A DNA stretch of 64,000 nt from a virus. Positions 37,069 to 47,203 of this stretch are shown here, one piece after another. Made by a program: the position numbers and the translations under genes. Below the pieces are notes generated by a model. That model was not told the origin of the DNA. It saw only the letters and a list, made by a program, of their open reading frames with translations, and searched no databases. The first letter of the stretch is position 1. The number at the start of each line of letters is the position of its first letter. Location: the IMG/VR virus record IMGVR_UViG_3300009529_002382, positions 4,137-68,136 of that record. One strand, given 5' to 3'.

Positions 37069-39009
37069 CTATATGTTTAAATCTTCTATAGAAAATTCCG
37101 GTTCTGTTCTATATATTTTTTTCCTTGCCCTGCTGTGATTTAGAAGATATTTATAATTATCAGTAAAATCGATTACTGTAGCAAACTCTTTTTTTCTGCC
37201 ATCCTCATATGTAAAAGGTCTTAAAGTCCTCCCAACACGCTGTAAGGCTCTTGTGGGGCTTTTACCTGACCCGGCCAATATAAGAGTGTTCAGGGCCTTG
37301 CAATTTATTCCTTCATCGAATATCGATGAGGTGATTGTGATAGACGGAGCACCAGTCCTCATCAAATTCAGATGTTGTTTTCTTTTTTTCCCGGAATGTT
37401 TGGAATATAAAAAAACACTGTCTGGGATCATACTCTCAAGCATTTTACCATGGGTAATTTGTCTAACTAAGATCAAAACAACATTGCCTGCGTCCATCAT
37501 ACTCCTAGCTACTTTTGTTATTTTTTCATTTCTAAACTTATTTTCAACAATATATTTTTTATAGATTGTTTGGTATGTATATCCTTCGTTATGCCCAGGT
37601 ATATCAACAAAATAGATATTAGGCTTCACAAGATATCCAGATCGAATCAAATCAGAGGCAGAAACATTAGCACCCGATATATCTTTGCCAAAACAGGAAG
37701 TAATAAGGATATCATCATTCTGGTCGCGATACGGAGTCGCCGAAAAAGCCCACCTATATCTCGCCGCTACAGAATAATCAGCAATAGTTTGGCAGGTTTC
37801 TGAAGCCCAATATTGGCAATTATGGACTAAAATGTCATTGGCAAAAAAACAATGAGTTTTATCTACAGTAATATCATATACTTGTTCCTGATGTGATTTT
37901 TTAATACTCACGATCTCATCGTATTCTATAAGTCCTAATACTTTGTCCTTCGCTTTTATGTGCCCGGCTTCCTTCCATCCCAATTCTGTCATTAATAGAT
38001 GATTTTTTGTACATTTTATTGTTCTACCAAATTTAAATGTGATCTCAACCGTTTGCTTTTTTCCTTGGGGTAAGAATGCATTAATCCTAGACCACACGGT
38101 TTGTTTGCCATTATGGCTAAGTACATATTTACATCTATATCTATCTATTTCGTCTATTCTTTTCCTTCCTTTTTCTGTATATATCATAGTATCACCAGAT
38201 ACACATTCATCTGCAACGTATCCTTTGGCTCTCATAATAACGTCAAGAATGTCTTTTCTCTTTTCATCTAAACTCTTATCTTCTTTATTCTTATCTTCGT
38301 CATCATATCTTATATATTTTTTACCACATGCACGAACGGCTGTTTGTATCGTCATTATTGTTATATCTTGAGGATCGAATCTACCGTCTCCAATGACACC
38401 TATTTTGACTTTTTTTCCATTTTTATGACGCAAAAATTTTTCGAATTCATCTTTAGTTTGATTAAGCAGATCAATAGAAGGAACATAAAATATAAACGGA
38501 GCAACACCAATTTGTTGTATTATTTTTGCCCCCATAAATGTTTTACCAGAACCAGTAGCGGCTTTAGTTACGCCTCTTTGTATATTAACGCATGAATTAA
38601 TAAATTCAGTTTGATAATCTCTATCTTCGCATTCTTTCGACATTGTTAGAAAAAGATTTTTATCATATTTTTTTCTTTTATCTATGACTTGTACAGATAT
38701 ATTGTTATCCGCAAAATATCGCATTGCTACACTATACAGACCTGTTGCAAAGTGAATACCCTCCTTTTTTAAAAAGCACCTACACCATCTTTTATCCCGG
38801 CAGACTAGATTAACCCAGCCATCCCACGACCATTTTCTGCCTTTTGCCTGCTGTTTTTTTTCAAACTGTTTTACGCGAAAATAATAGTCTTCTGGCCTGT
38901 ATCTCAATACTTGTTTGAGACCCTGATAGATCTCAGACGTGATAACGCCATCTATGTAAATTACGCTATTTGTGACCACTAAAACTAGTGGTTTATTTGA
39001 TTTTCCCAC
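37069..39009 (-). CDS. SF2 (UvsW/XPB-like) helicase containing an intein
   Basis: RDYQ, ATGSGKT, ADE|C..., FSATPYR, FDEGIN, LQRVGRTLR. Confidence 0.9.
   Translation of the reverse strand: MGKSNKPLVLVVTNSVIYIDGVITSEIYQGLKQVLRYRPEDYYFRVKQFEKKQQAKGRKWSWDGWVNLVCRDKRWCRCFLKKEGIHFATGLYSVAMRYFADNNISVQVIDKRKKYDKNLFLTMSKECEDRDYQTEFINSCVNIQRGVTKAATGSGKTFMGAKIIQQIGVAPFIFYVPSIDLLNQTKDEFEKFLRHKNGKKVKIGVIGDGRFDPQDITIMTIQTAVRACGKKYIRYDDEDKNKEDKSLDEKRKDILDVIMRAKGYVADECVSGDTMIYTEKGRKRIDEIDRYRCKYVLSHNGKQTVWSRINAFLPQGKKQTVEITFKFGRTIKCTKNHLLMTELGWKEAGHIKAKDKVLGLIEYDEIVSIKKSHQEQVYDITVDKTHCFFANDILVHNCQYWASETCQTIADYSVAARYRWAFSATPYRDQNDDILITSCFGKDISGANVSASDLIRSGYLVKPNIYFVDIPGHNEGYTYQTIYKKYIVENKFRNEKITKVARSMMDAGNVVLILVRQITHGKMLESMIPDSVFLYSKHSGKKRKQHLNLMRTGAPSITITSSIFDEGINCKALNTLILAGSGKSPTRALQRVGRTLRPFTYEDGRKKEFATVIDFTDNYKYLLNHSRARKKIYRTEPEFSIEDLNI
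37819..38205 (-). mobile_element. Mini-intein (129 aa, no endonuclease) in helicase motif II
   Basis: Begins CVSGDTMI, block B IKCTKNHLL, ends VYDITVDKTHCFFANDILVHN followed by +1 Cys. Confidence 0.92.
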
Positions 39010-39199
39010 GTTTTTTCTTCCTTTTTTTCTTCTTCGTAAATTTACGTTTTATTTCGTCGGGACTTTCTGGAAAACTGTCTTGACGTAAACATGTTGATTG
39101 ATCCAATTTCGACTGTCCTGTGTCAAAATTTGGGAAAATATTAAAGTCAGCTTCCGCCGTCTTCTGTAACCTGAACCGGAGTGTTGTCAGTATTCTCAT
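38993..39199 (-). CDS. Small basic hypothetical protein
   Basis: 68-aa ORF with Lys-rich C-terminus. Confidence 0.45.
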   Translation of the reverse strand: MRILTTLRFRLQKTAEADFNIFPNFDTGQSKLDQSTCLRQDSFPESPDEIKRKFTKKKKRKKKRGKIK

Positions 39200-39374
39200 T
39201 ATTCTTACCAGTCAAAACCCCCAATTCATCCAATATTTTTTGCTGAACCCCAGTTAGCTTATTCACAGCATGCCAAGATTTTCCGTCTTTAACGGCGTTA
39301 ATGGCGTTCAATACTTTAATGGACAAATCAGCTAAAAACCTAGCTGTTGTTTCCTTATCTCCATTCTCTAACAT
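39147..39374 (-). CDS. Hypothetical protein
   Basis: 75-aa ORF with AGGAG RBS. Confidence 0.55.
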   Translation of the reverse strand: MLENGDKETTARFLADLSIKVLNAINAVKDGKSWHAVNKLTGVQQKILDELGVLTGKNNENTDNTPVQVTEDGGS

Positions 39375-39387
39375 TTCTATCTCCTAA

Positions 39388-40485
39388 CTACCAGACTCTG
39401 TTTGAGGCCAATGTTTTCTCTAATATGTATATATCGTCAGGATCGACCTCTCCATCTTTAAATCTTAGCAAAGCCTCATAACTCATTCCCGCTCTGCCCC
39501 TTTTTTCCCTTTCAGCATTAATTTTACTCCATACGCCCTCGGTGTATGGTTTCAAAAGTTCGTGTGTACTCCAATCCGCCCCTCTTGCTGGCTCAAGCAT
39601 CTGCTCTATGAGACCTAAAAACCACCAAGTATCGCTTATGTTCATATACGGATTAGAACCCATCTGAGCAGTTTTCCAAGACTTGCCCTTACCTCCTAAA
39701 TCAAATATAATCTGTTCTGATTTATTCTCATATCCGGTTATAGTCCCAAGGCATGATAAGAAATCGTTAACCTGCCGTTCATCACCAAAAGATAAATACG
39801 CCAAGCCGCTGACTCTATCTTTCAATGGTGACTCAAAAATAGTAGATACCATATCACAAGGATTCCCCCCATGAGCCTTGATAGTCTCAACAAATAAATG
39901 AGCGTACAAAAAAGACTTATATTCTATATCGGTATTCACAAATATGAATGGTTCTTCATCTACGATATTGGTATCATAATATTTACCGATCATATCCTCA
40001 TCTACGAATAATGCCGCGTCGATATTTGGAGAACCTGATTCAATCATCTTCAGGTTAGTAATAGGAGATACCCCAAAGGCCGGACCAACTATGTCTTTTA
40101 TCAACAGCCACACAAAAGAATTCTGATATAACCTTTTTGCGACAGGTATTTCTGATTTTGCCACTTCATACGAATCGTCTGAAAAACACAAAAACCTGAA
40201 AAACGAAGTGACATAAATGTATAATTCCTGTAAATCAATTGACAACAAAGGTGACCCCGTTATTATCTCAAAACAACCCAAATAAGACATAACTATCCTT
40301 GAGAACGTATCACCGAGGATTTCAGGAGTACCAACGTAAATACATCCGTCTTTGTAGGACTTAGTAGTCGGAGATCCCTCTAACTCTTCGAACTTCACTG
40401 GTAGATCAACGAATGCACAACCGCTGACTGAACAGGCTTTTTTGATAAAAGCAGATGATATTTTGAAGTCACTAACTTTAAACAT
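39388..40485 (-). CDS. Hypothetical protein
   Basis: 365-aa ORF. Confidence 0.65.
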   Translation of the reverse strand: MFKVSDFKISSAFIKKACSVSGCAFVDLPVKFEELEGSPTTKSYKDGCIYVGTPEILGDTFSRIVMSYLGCFEIITGSPLLSIDLQELYIYVTSFFRFLCFSDDSYEVAKSEIPVAKRLYQNSFVWLLIKDIVGPAFGVSPITNLKMIESGSPNIDAALFVDEDMIGKYYDTNIVDEEPFIFVNTDIEYKSFLYAHLFVETIKAHGGNPCDMVSTIFESPLKDRVSGLAYLSFGDERQVNDFLSCLGTITGYENKSEQIIFDLGGKGKSWKTAQMGSNPYMNISDTWWFLGLIEQMLEPARGADWSTHELLKPYTEGVWSKINAEREKRGRAGMSYEALLRFKDGEVDPDDIYILEKTLASNRVW

Positions 40486-40964
40486 TAATTATTCTCGTGT
40501 TCTTTTTTATTATGTATATTCTTATCTTCAACAGAATATTCCTTTATTTGGTCTTCCGTCATGCCTATCTGTAGCATAAAATCATAGTGAGTTTCACATT
40601 CTCTAACCATTGTTATGGCATTCACAAACTCTGATTTAGATATTTTAGAGTAACACGGACGTTCCCGTTCCGCCACAGCATCATCGTCGTAATCTTCATC
40701 TTGCTCCATTATACCTGAATTAGTATATTTATCAAGCATTTCCATAACTAACTCTTCCATAGTCATAGGAGATAACTCCATTGTGGCATGATCCTTACAA
40801 TACGGACACTTATATTCAATGAAAAACGCGGTGATGTCTTCATCCACAGAACCCTTGCGTATACCAGATGCTATAATATGGTCAATATCTACACCTTTTT
40901 TACACGCTCTACAATGTAATTTCGGCAAAGCATCAAAAAACCAATCAGGCAAATCAAGTTGCAT
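40485..40964 (-). CDS. Zinc-ribbon-containing hypothetical protein
   Basis: CRAC...CPYC; GGAG RBS. Confidence 0.6.
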   Translation of the reverse strand: MQLDLPDWFFDALPKLHCRACKKGVDIDHIIASGIRKGSVDEDITAFFIEYKCPYCKDHATMELSPMTMEELVMEMLDKYTNSGIMEQDEDYDDDAVAERERPCYSKISKSEFVNAITMVRECETHYDFMLQIGMTEDQIKEYSVEDKNIHNKKEHENN

Positions 40965-41022
40965 AATTATATATCTCCAAACATTATATTATATTCGTCA
41001 TAAGGATTAAACAATCCTTGTT

Positions 41023-42264
41023 TTATCTGGCAATGGATAGATCAAGATCATATGTCCAGGTTATCCCTCTCTTGTCATGAATTCCAAACATTTTTTGCAC
41101 AGGACGCGATGCCCTGACTAATTCTTTCAAAGAATAGATATCTCCACCAACAAAAGAACCATTCAATATAACTCTGCCAAAATTGGTAGAAAAATCAGTT
41201 GCGGTATGAAAATGTCCTGCTATAGTATAGTTAGGTATAGACCCCGTAATACTTGCCATACGCTCGGAAACAGCTTCTAATGATTTAATATTTCTTGCAT
41301 TGTCACCATGGAGTATCAAAAATTTATGGTTACGGATATCAACCATATGCCACCAAGCATCAGGAACTACGAATTTCACTCTGGGGTTATTCCCAAAACG
41401 TCCTTGTAGAAACTTATAACAGACATAATCCCAATTAACGTATTCTTTCTCAACACCCTTACTTGCACATCTTCCATGATTCCCGTAAATGCCATAAAAA
41501 CTAATATTCTCGAATAATCCCAGCCAATAATTAATCATATCCGCTATAGCATCAGCACCGGCTACGGCCTGATCTACGATTGGCATATTGATATATGTAC
41601 TCGACCAATTACCAGCCGCATTCATCCCGGCTACCATATCTCCAGGGCAGAATATATGTAAATTAGGCAGGCTATACAATTGAGAATGTAGTTCAACAAT
41701 ATCAGTAATAGCTGTCTTCAAAAACTCAACTCGTTTCTTAAATATATCAAAGTTATATTCAGATATTCCACCGGTTTCTTCCAGGGTGTGATGGTGGCCG
41801 ATATGAGCATCGCTCAAAACCAATCCGACATCCTCTGGAAGATGCTTCTGTTGGGAACTTTTCTTAGAGAATTTGTATACTTCTTTTTTGACATTTGGTA
41901 ATGCTTTTACTGCGTCTTCCATTCTATCCGCCAAAATTTCTGTGGCCATATGACGGACTTGAAGCCTTCTGTCATTGGCATCTGATATCCTCTGGGCCAA
42001 TGCGACTTTCATATTTTCTTTAATACGAACCCTAGTGGCATCATAAAACGGTTTAGATTCCCAAATCGTTCGTCTCCATTTAGATTTACATGATTCACCA
42101 GTACGTTTAAGTTCAAGGGCTATAATGCTATATGGTAATCCTTGTATCGCCTTCAATTCAAAAAGCAATGCTTCCTCTTCTGCCTTCCAATCTTCTCCTG
42201 TACGAGTCTCGTATTGGTTAGTTAGTTTTTGTTTCTGCGTCGGGGTACTTTTCTTTTTTGACAT
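41023..42264 (-). CDS. Calcineurin-like metallophosphoesterase with N-terminal HTH/Myb-like segment
   Basis: LSDAHIG, GDMVAG, GNHGR, LHGD, GHFH; N-terminal W..EEE.LL...IA.ELKRT..SC..KW. Confidence 0.85.
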   Translation of the reverse strand: MSKKKSTPTQKQKLTNQYETRTGEDWKAEEEALLFELKAIQGLPYSIIALELKRTGESCKSKWRRTIWESKPFYDATRVRIKENMKVALAQRISDANDRRLQVRHMATEILADRMEDAVKALPNVKKEVYKFSKKSSQQKHLPEDVGLVLSDAHIGHHHTLEETGGISEYNFDIFKKRVEFLKTAITDIVELHSQLYSLPNLHIFCPGDMVAGMNAAGNWSSTYINMPIVDQAVAGADAIADMINYWLGLFENISFYGIYGNHGRCASKGVEKEYVNWDYVCYKFLQGRFGNNPRVKFVVPDAWWHMVDIRNHKFLILHGDNARNIKSLEAVSERMASITGSIPNYTIAGHFHTATDFSTNFGRVILNGSFVGGDIYSLKELVRASRPVQKMFGIHDKRGITWTYDLDLSIAR

Positions 42265-42989
42265 TTGTTTCCCTTCCTATTGTTTAAATACATCGCCAAT
42301 GCGACCATATGAGCACGAATCATATTTCTTTTGTTAAGATTCGTAACTCCTAAAGGATTTTCTCTGTAATAAATCAGTGGCATCTGTATATTAGCGAATT
42401 CTTTTTTCGCTATAATCGCTCTGCCCCATAATTCGAAATCTGGAACCAGATAAACTTTTTCGTCTTCCGAATATCTACCTAATTCGTTGAAATCTTTTCT
42501 CCTGAACATTGTAGTTGGGTCGATTATCGGATTTAGGGGACCGTTTCTGTAATTATGCACTATTGCGACATGCCCAGGTGGAGGATAGAGCATCTTGCCA
42601 ATTTCTTTCCCGTTAACATCTATTTTAATAGCATGACCACCTACGCAAAACACTTTATCAAATTCTTCCAAAAAATCAATTTGTTTTTGTAATCGAGATG
42701 GAAAGCTAATATCATCCCCATCTTGAATAGCAACGTATTTACCTTTCGCATGAGAAATGGCTTGATTCCTTCTGAACGGAATTTTTCTATTATTAAAATT
42801 ATAGATTCTCTGTATCCGTCCATCATCAAATTCCTGAACTACTCCCCAGGTGTGGTCTTTTGACCCATCGTCTATTATAATAAATTCAAAATCTTTAAAA
42901 GTCTGGTCAAGAACAGACTGAATTGCTTTCTTGACATATCTTTGACAATTATATGTCGTCATTATAACTGAAACAACAGGGTCACCCAT
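42222..42989 (-). CDS. Glycosyltransferase family 2
   Basis: VSVIMTTYN, IIIDDGSKD, YVAIQDGDDIS.P.RL.KQ. Confidence 0.9.
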   Translation of the reverse strand: MGDPVVSVIMTTYNCQRYVKKAIQSVLDQTFKDFEFIIIDDGSKDHTWGVVQEFDDGRIQRIYNFNNRKIPFRRNQAISHAKGKYVAIQDGDDISFPSRLQKQIDFLEEFDKVFCVGGHAIKIDVNGKEIGKMLYPPPGHVAIVHNYRNGPLNPIIDPTTMFRRKDFNELGRYSEDEKVYLVPDFELWGRAIIAKKEFANIQMPLIYYRENPLGVTNLNKRNMIRAHMVALAMYLNNRKGNKCQKRKVPRRRNKN

Positions 42990-44095
42990 TATAGCATCCT
43001 CGTAAATATATCGTAGTATTTATTCGCAATTTTATTCCAATTAAGGTCATTTTCTATCCTCCTACGACCCGCACTAGATAATTCGGCCATAGTCTCCTGT
43101 GACAACAAAACTTCTTTGATGGCCTCGACGAAATTTCTGAATGTTCCAGATGTGTATGTCAAATTCCCATTTACATCATTATTATAATCTGTTATTGCGA
43201 AGCCACCATCCAGGGTGTTCACATTACCAACCTCCATAGCAATCCACGGCAAACCAGCGGCCATAGACTCCAGTATGACTATTGGTGCGACCTCCTTCTG
43301 TGATGGAAAAACAAAGACATCAGACTCAAAATACGATTGAATAATATCCTCTCTTGGGATGTCAGAAAGCATTTTATATTTAAAACTATGTTTTTTTAGT
43401 TGCATTTTAAATCTTTGTCTCAACTGTTGGGCATGCCTGAATTCAACAGTAGAAGAAATATATAATACAGTGAAATCTTTAATGTCTTGATAAACTATGT
43501 CGAAAAGTTTCGGCGTAAATTCTTGTCCTTTTCCTGGAAAAAAATTTGATACACACAAAATTACTTTTTCTGTTTCAATCTTATATTTTTTGCGGAAAGA
43601 AAAATCTTGCTTTTTGAATTCGTTGAGATTTATTCCATTTGGAATAACTTCTACTGGCACTTCATAATCCTGACATAATTGATAATCTTGATAATTGTTT
43701 GAATGGGTTATTACCTGAATATCTTTTTGTTTATTCAAAAACAAATTCAACAAAGCCGGGTCAGAAAGTGAAGCATTAAATCCGACAGGAATTAAAACTA
43801 CTTTGAATTTTGTTTTATTTATTCTATCTAGAACAATTGACCAATACTTAAAAAAATCGCTATAGACAAGAACGATGTCCGGATCAGATATCATCAGTCG
43901 GTTGATAAATTGAGTAGGACCACTTCCGCAAGATTTGATTGCCACTCCATTGTGGACAATATCATTTTTACAGCTTTTACTCAATATATCACATTCAAAT
44001 CCCCTCTTGACCATGTGTTCTGCTATTTGTTGAATAACAAACTCAGAACCACCTATGTGAGGATAAACATGATTAGCACAAATCGTTAGTTTCAT
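42989..44095 (-). CDS. Glycosyltransferase family 4 (GT-B)
   Basis: GGSE, VIPNGI, KGQE, DVFVFPSQKEVAPIVILESMAAGLP. Confidence 0.9.
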   Translation of the reverse strand: MKLTICANHVYPHIGGSEFVIQQIAEHMVKRGFECDILSKSCKNDIVHNGVAIKSCGSGPTQFINRLMISDPDIVLVYSDFFKYWSIVLDRINKTKFKVVLIPVGFNASLSDPALLNLFLNKQKDIQVITHSNNYQDYQLCQDYEVPVEVIPNGINLNEFKKQDFSFRKKYKIETEKVILCVSNFFPGKGQEFTPKLFDIVYQDIKDFTVLYISSTVEFRHAQQLRQRFKMQLKKHSFKYKMLSDIPREDIIQSYFESDVFVFPSQKEVAPIVILESMAAGLPWIAMEVGNVNTLDGGFAITDYNNDVNGNLTYTSGTFRNFVEAIKEVLLSQETMAELSSAGRRRIENDLNWNKIANKYYDIFTRML

Positions 44096-44355
44096 ATTTT
44101 CTTCCCATAATAACTTCTTTTACACAAATATTCTAATAGTCTCTTGCTGCTTTTTCTTTTACAATTCTCACAGATGTTCAAATAAGAAGTAGAACAAACC
44201 ATTCTGCTTTGATCATACAACCAAGATATCCCTCTACTTATTCCTGCGTCATCTGACATAATATTTAAGCCACAAACACAACACTTATTTTTTATGTTCT
44301 TTTTTCCAAACCACGGATGAGATATCAAAATATTGTGTATAGTCATATCTTTCAC
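44092..44355 (-). CDS. Small zinc-finger protein
   Basis: CCVCG...ICENC. Confidence 0.55.
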   Translation of the reverse strand: MKDMTIHNILISHPWFGKKNIKNKCCVCGLNIMSDDAGISRGISWLYDQSRMVCSTSYLNICENCKRKSSKRLLEYLCKRSYYGKKI

Positions 44356-44552
44356 CTCTTAAAGTTTCTGACATCTACTGAATATTTTTTCGCCAAATGA
44401 ACAAAAAATCGATGAGAACATTTCCTCTTACAGTATCTACAAATACATAAAAAATTACGATGTCTCTTACTAAACCATTTACAAATCTCATGCGTCCTTT
44501 TCATCTTCCCACAAATATTACATCTGACTTTGTTTGGATAGATTATTTTCAT
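44352..44552 (-). CDS. Small zinc-finger protein
   Basis: CNICG...ICRYC. Confidence 0.55.
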   Translation of the reverse strand: MKIIYPNKVRCNICGKMKRTHEICKWFSKRHRNFLCICRYCKRKCSHRFFVHLAKKYSVDVRNFKR

Positions 44553-44572
44553 TTTTTCCCAAAGAAATCATT

Positions 44573-44781
44573 TTACATTTTCCTTTTATCAATGTTCTTG
44601 ATCAGTTTTTTAAGGCTTTTGCTCGCACAATAATCACAAATCAGGCTATTCTCAGAACTATGAAAAACTTTTCCACATATTTCACATTTTTTTGATTTTA
44701 TCTTCCCTATCGGATCAACAATTATGCCAAATTTTTTCTCTAGGATAGAGGCAATACTAGCAAGTATTTTTTATTTTTCAT
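44573..44781 (-). pseudogene. Third small zinc-finger gene, frameshifted in an A-run near its start
   Basis: ATG 44781 (ATGA overlap) to TAA 44573 spans 209 nt; adding one A gives MKNKKILASIAS...CEICG...ICDYC...KRKM. Confidence 0.5.
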
Positions 44782-45563
44782 TGTTGGTAAAATCTTGGAG
44801 GTTTATACCCCTTCCATTTTTCTCTAAACAACCGCAAACTTCTTCCAAATCTGAGTGTCTTTTCTTGATGACTCAATTTACCCAATGTTTGATGTGGCAT
44901 ATGAACGACTCTTGCTTTGTAGTTCCAGCCAATCTTATAATCGGCATTGTGTATCCTGAAATTTATATCTGGATCTTCGAAATATGAAGGATTAAATCTC
45001 ATATCAAACATACCAATTGTATCAACGATTTCTCTCTTCATCAGCATACCACCACAACCGACATATGTAAAAAATTCTTTTATATTATCTATTCTTTTTA
45101 TTGGCAAAAATCTATCGTTCATCTGCCATGCCTCAACACCAACTACGCCATAACCGGTCTCCAAGAAATTCAAATGTTGTTCTATCCACCCCTTTTTGAC
45201 ATACTGGTCATTGTCCAAAAACATTAGATATTTTGATTTGGGTTTATTTTCTTTGGCAAAAGCATAACCGATGTTCCTACCTCCAATAACACCAAGATTT
45301 TCAGAATTCGCTATTAATGTCATATATTTATATTCAGCAGCAAATCCAGACAAGATATCAACAGAATCATCACTAGAACCATTGTCAACCCATAAGAGAT
45401 GAATCGTCCCTTCCGGAGTGTTCTCTGAAAAGAATTGTAAAAAGTCACGGGTAACATGACTACCGTTACAAGATAAAACTACCAAGTCAATATCGCATGG
45501 TTCCTGACATTCTTGTATAACACGAGATGTTTTATTGACATCGCTCATTTTTTTTCTCCTCAA
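44778..45563 (-). CDS. Glycosyltransferase family 2
   Basis: WVDNGSSD, NLGVIGGRN, LMFLDND, GMFD..F..YFEDPD. Confidence 0.88.
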   Translation of the reverse strand: MRRKKMSDVNKTSRVIQECQEPCDIDLVVLSCNGSHVTRDFLQFFSENTPEGTIHLLWVDNGSSDDSVDILSGFAAEYKYMTLIANSENLGVIGGRNIGYAFAKENKPKSKYLMFLDNDQYVKKGWIEQHLNFLETGYGVVGVEAWQMNDRFLPIKRIDNIKEFFTYVGCGGMLMKREIVDTIGMFDMRFNPSYFEDPDINFRIHNADYKIGWNYKARVVHMPHQTLGKLSHQEKTLRFGRSLRLFREKWKGYKPPRFYQQ

Positions 45564-47152
45564 TCTTGTTCGTTGAACATTTCAGCAACGCCGTGTATTT
45601 CTACATTATCTTCGTCATTATTGATAATTTTTAGACCAACTCGGTATAGATCTAGATTTTGGATAGATATGTAATGTTGTCCTGCTTCACTCCTATTCTC
45701 GTTGAAAACCACTAAACCATCTCGTGGCAACGAAGAATAAGTAGATGGAGATACGGTTGTAGAACCGACCGTGATAGAAACAGTAGCCTCCGGACTCCAT
45801 GAAATATTCGCAGTTTTAAAAGCATATCCATCGACGCTTGTCAAAGGTTCTATCTGCACATCATCAGCTTCTCCATTTCTTAATGGAATCACTACTTTCC
45901 CGCTACTCTCAACAACAGGCTGCCCATCAACAGCAAAGTCATTCCAATGATGGGTATACTGTCCAGAAGCACACCCAATTTCAACACTTTTATTGTCATT
46001 GTATTGATCGTTAGAGTCGACAGCAACAACTACCTGATCTACGGTGCTTGTAGCCACAGTCGTATCAAGATAGATATAGTCAATTTTTTGCGGTGCATAT
46101 CCAAAATCAATATCAGTAATGCTTGGGACACCAGCAGTCGGAATATCGTCATACCCCTCTTCATTTGAGGTGCTTAATCCACTATAAACTTCAAACTCGA
46201 ATTTTACATATCTACACAATAGCCCATCAAAATATGTAGTGTAATTGGGTTCGAAATAAGCACTAGAATCAGAATAACTATAATTATCTTCGCTTACTGA
46301 AAATCTCCATCGGCCATTTGTATTTGCGTACAACAAGTAATTAACCAAAACGGATTTCAGATTAACAATATCTTCAAAATCGTACACATAATTCGCACTA
46401 CCATATCCCAAAGATCCTTTAGCTGCACCAGACATTATCAATACTAAATCATCAACCATATCAGAATCAGATATAGAAATACCTTGACCGTTAGTCTGAG
46501 AAACAAACGTTTCATATGGAGGATAGTTAGTATACCTATACAGTGTTGGCAATGATATATTGCTACCGATTGACATATTAATGATCATAACAGGGTTCTC
46601 TTCGTATCCATCAATACCATTGACTTCAACTGCCGCTTCTTCCATAGAATAAACAGAACAACATGGTCCAGAATCAGTAAATACATATGTCGATTTTTCG
46701 GTCGTCCAGTATGCTTGCTGAGACAGGAATTCACTACTATCGATAAAACTGTCCCACAGAGGTGAACCGCCCACGGCACCCTCATCTCTCAAATCATCAA
46801 TTAAATCAATAGCACTAGAAGCGGAAACAATCCCATCGGACGTAATATTCTCCACACTCGGAATCCACGGATAATTGCTATAACAATTCACGACAGCAAC
46901 ATTTCCTTGTCTCAGTTTACTTGCCAACAACTCAAAGTTCCCAATCGCTGCTGGATTTTGTAATGCCTCTATGGCGAGATTAGAAGAACCGTCAAGACAT
47001 GAAATATTTACTAGAGAATCAGGGACAGAAACAGACTCGCCAGAAGTATTAACAAACGTTTGCCCATAGTAAACAGTGTCTTCGATGGTGACTTGTATAA
47101 TTATTTTATATCTTAGTGTGTCAATATTTTGCGTGAATGTAATATCGCTCAT
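45560..47152 (-). CDS. C-terminal part of a giant virion protein (vWA C-half plus beta-rich domains), in frame with the upstream ORF
   Basis: GGSPLWDSF, YVFTDSG, TNGQ. No SD before its ATG; the frame is open back to the TGA at 47204-47206. Confidence 0.7.
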   Translation of the reverse strand: MSDITFTQNIDTLRYKIIIQVTIEDTVYYGQTFVNTSGESVSVPDSLVNISCLDGSSNLAIEALQNPAAIGNFELLASKLRQGNVAVVNCYSNYPWIPSVENITSDGIVSASSAIDLIDDLRDEGAVGGSPLWDSFIDSSEFLSQQAYWTTEKSTYVFTDSGPCCSVYSMEEAAVEVNGIDGYEENPVMIINMSIGSNISLPTLYRYTNYPPYETFVSQTNGQGISISDSDMVDDLVLIMSGAAKGSLGYGSANYVYDFEDIVNLKSVLVNYLLYANTNGRWRFSVSEDNYSYSDSSAYFEPNYTTYFDGLLCRYVKFEFEVYSGLSTSNEEGYDDIPTAGVPSITDIDFGYAPQKIDYIYLDTTVATSTVDQVVVAVDSNDQYNDNKSVEIGCASGQYTHHWNDFAVDGQPVVESSGKVVIPLRNGEADDVQIEPLTSVDGYAFKTANISWSPEATVSITVGSTTVSPSTYSSLPRDGLVVFNENRSEAGQHYISIQNLDLYRVGLKIINNDEDNVEIHGVAEMFNEQD

Positions 47153-47203
47153 GAGACCATAAAGACAGTCATCATACCTCGCTTGTAACTTGGTGACAGA
47201 TTG

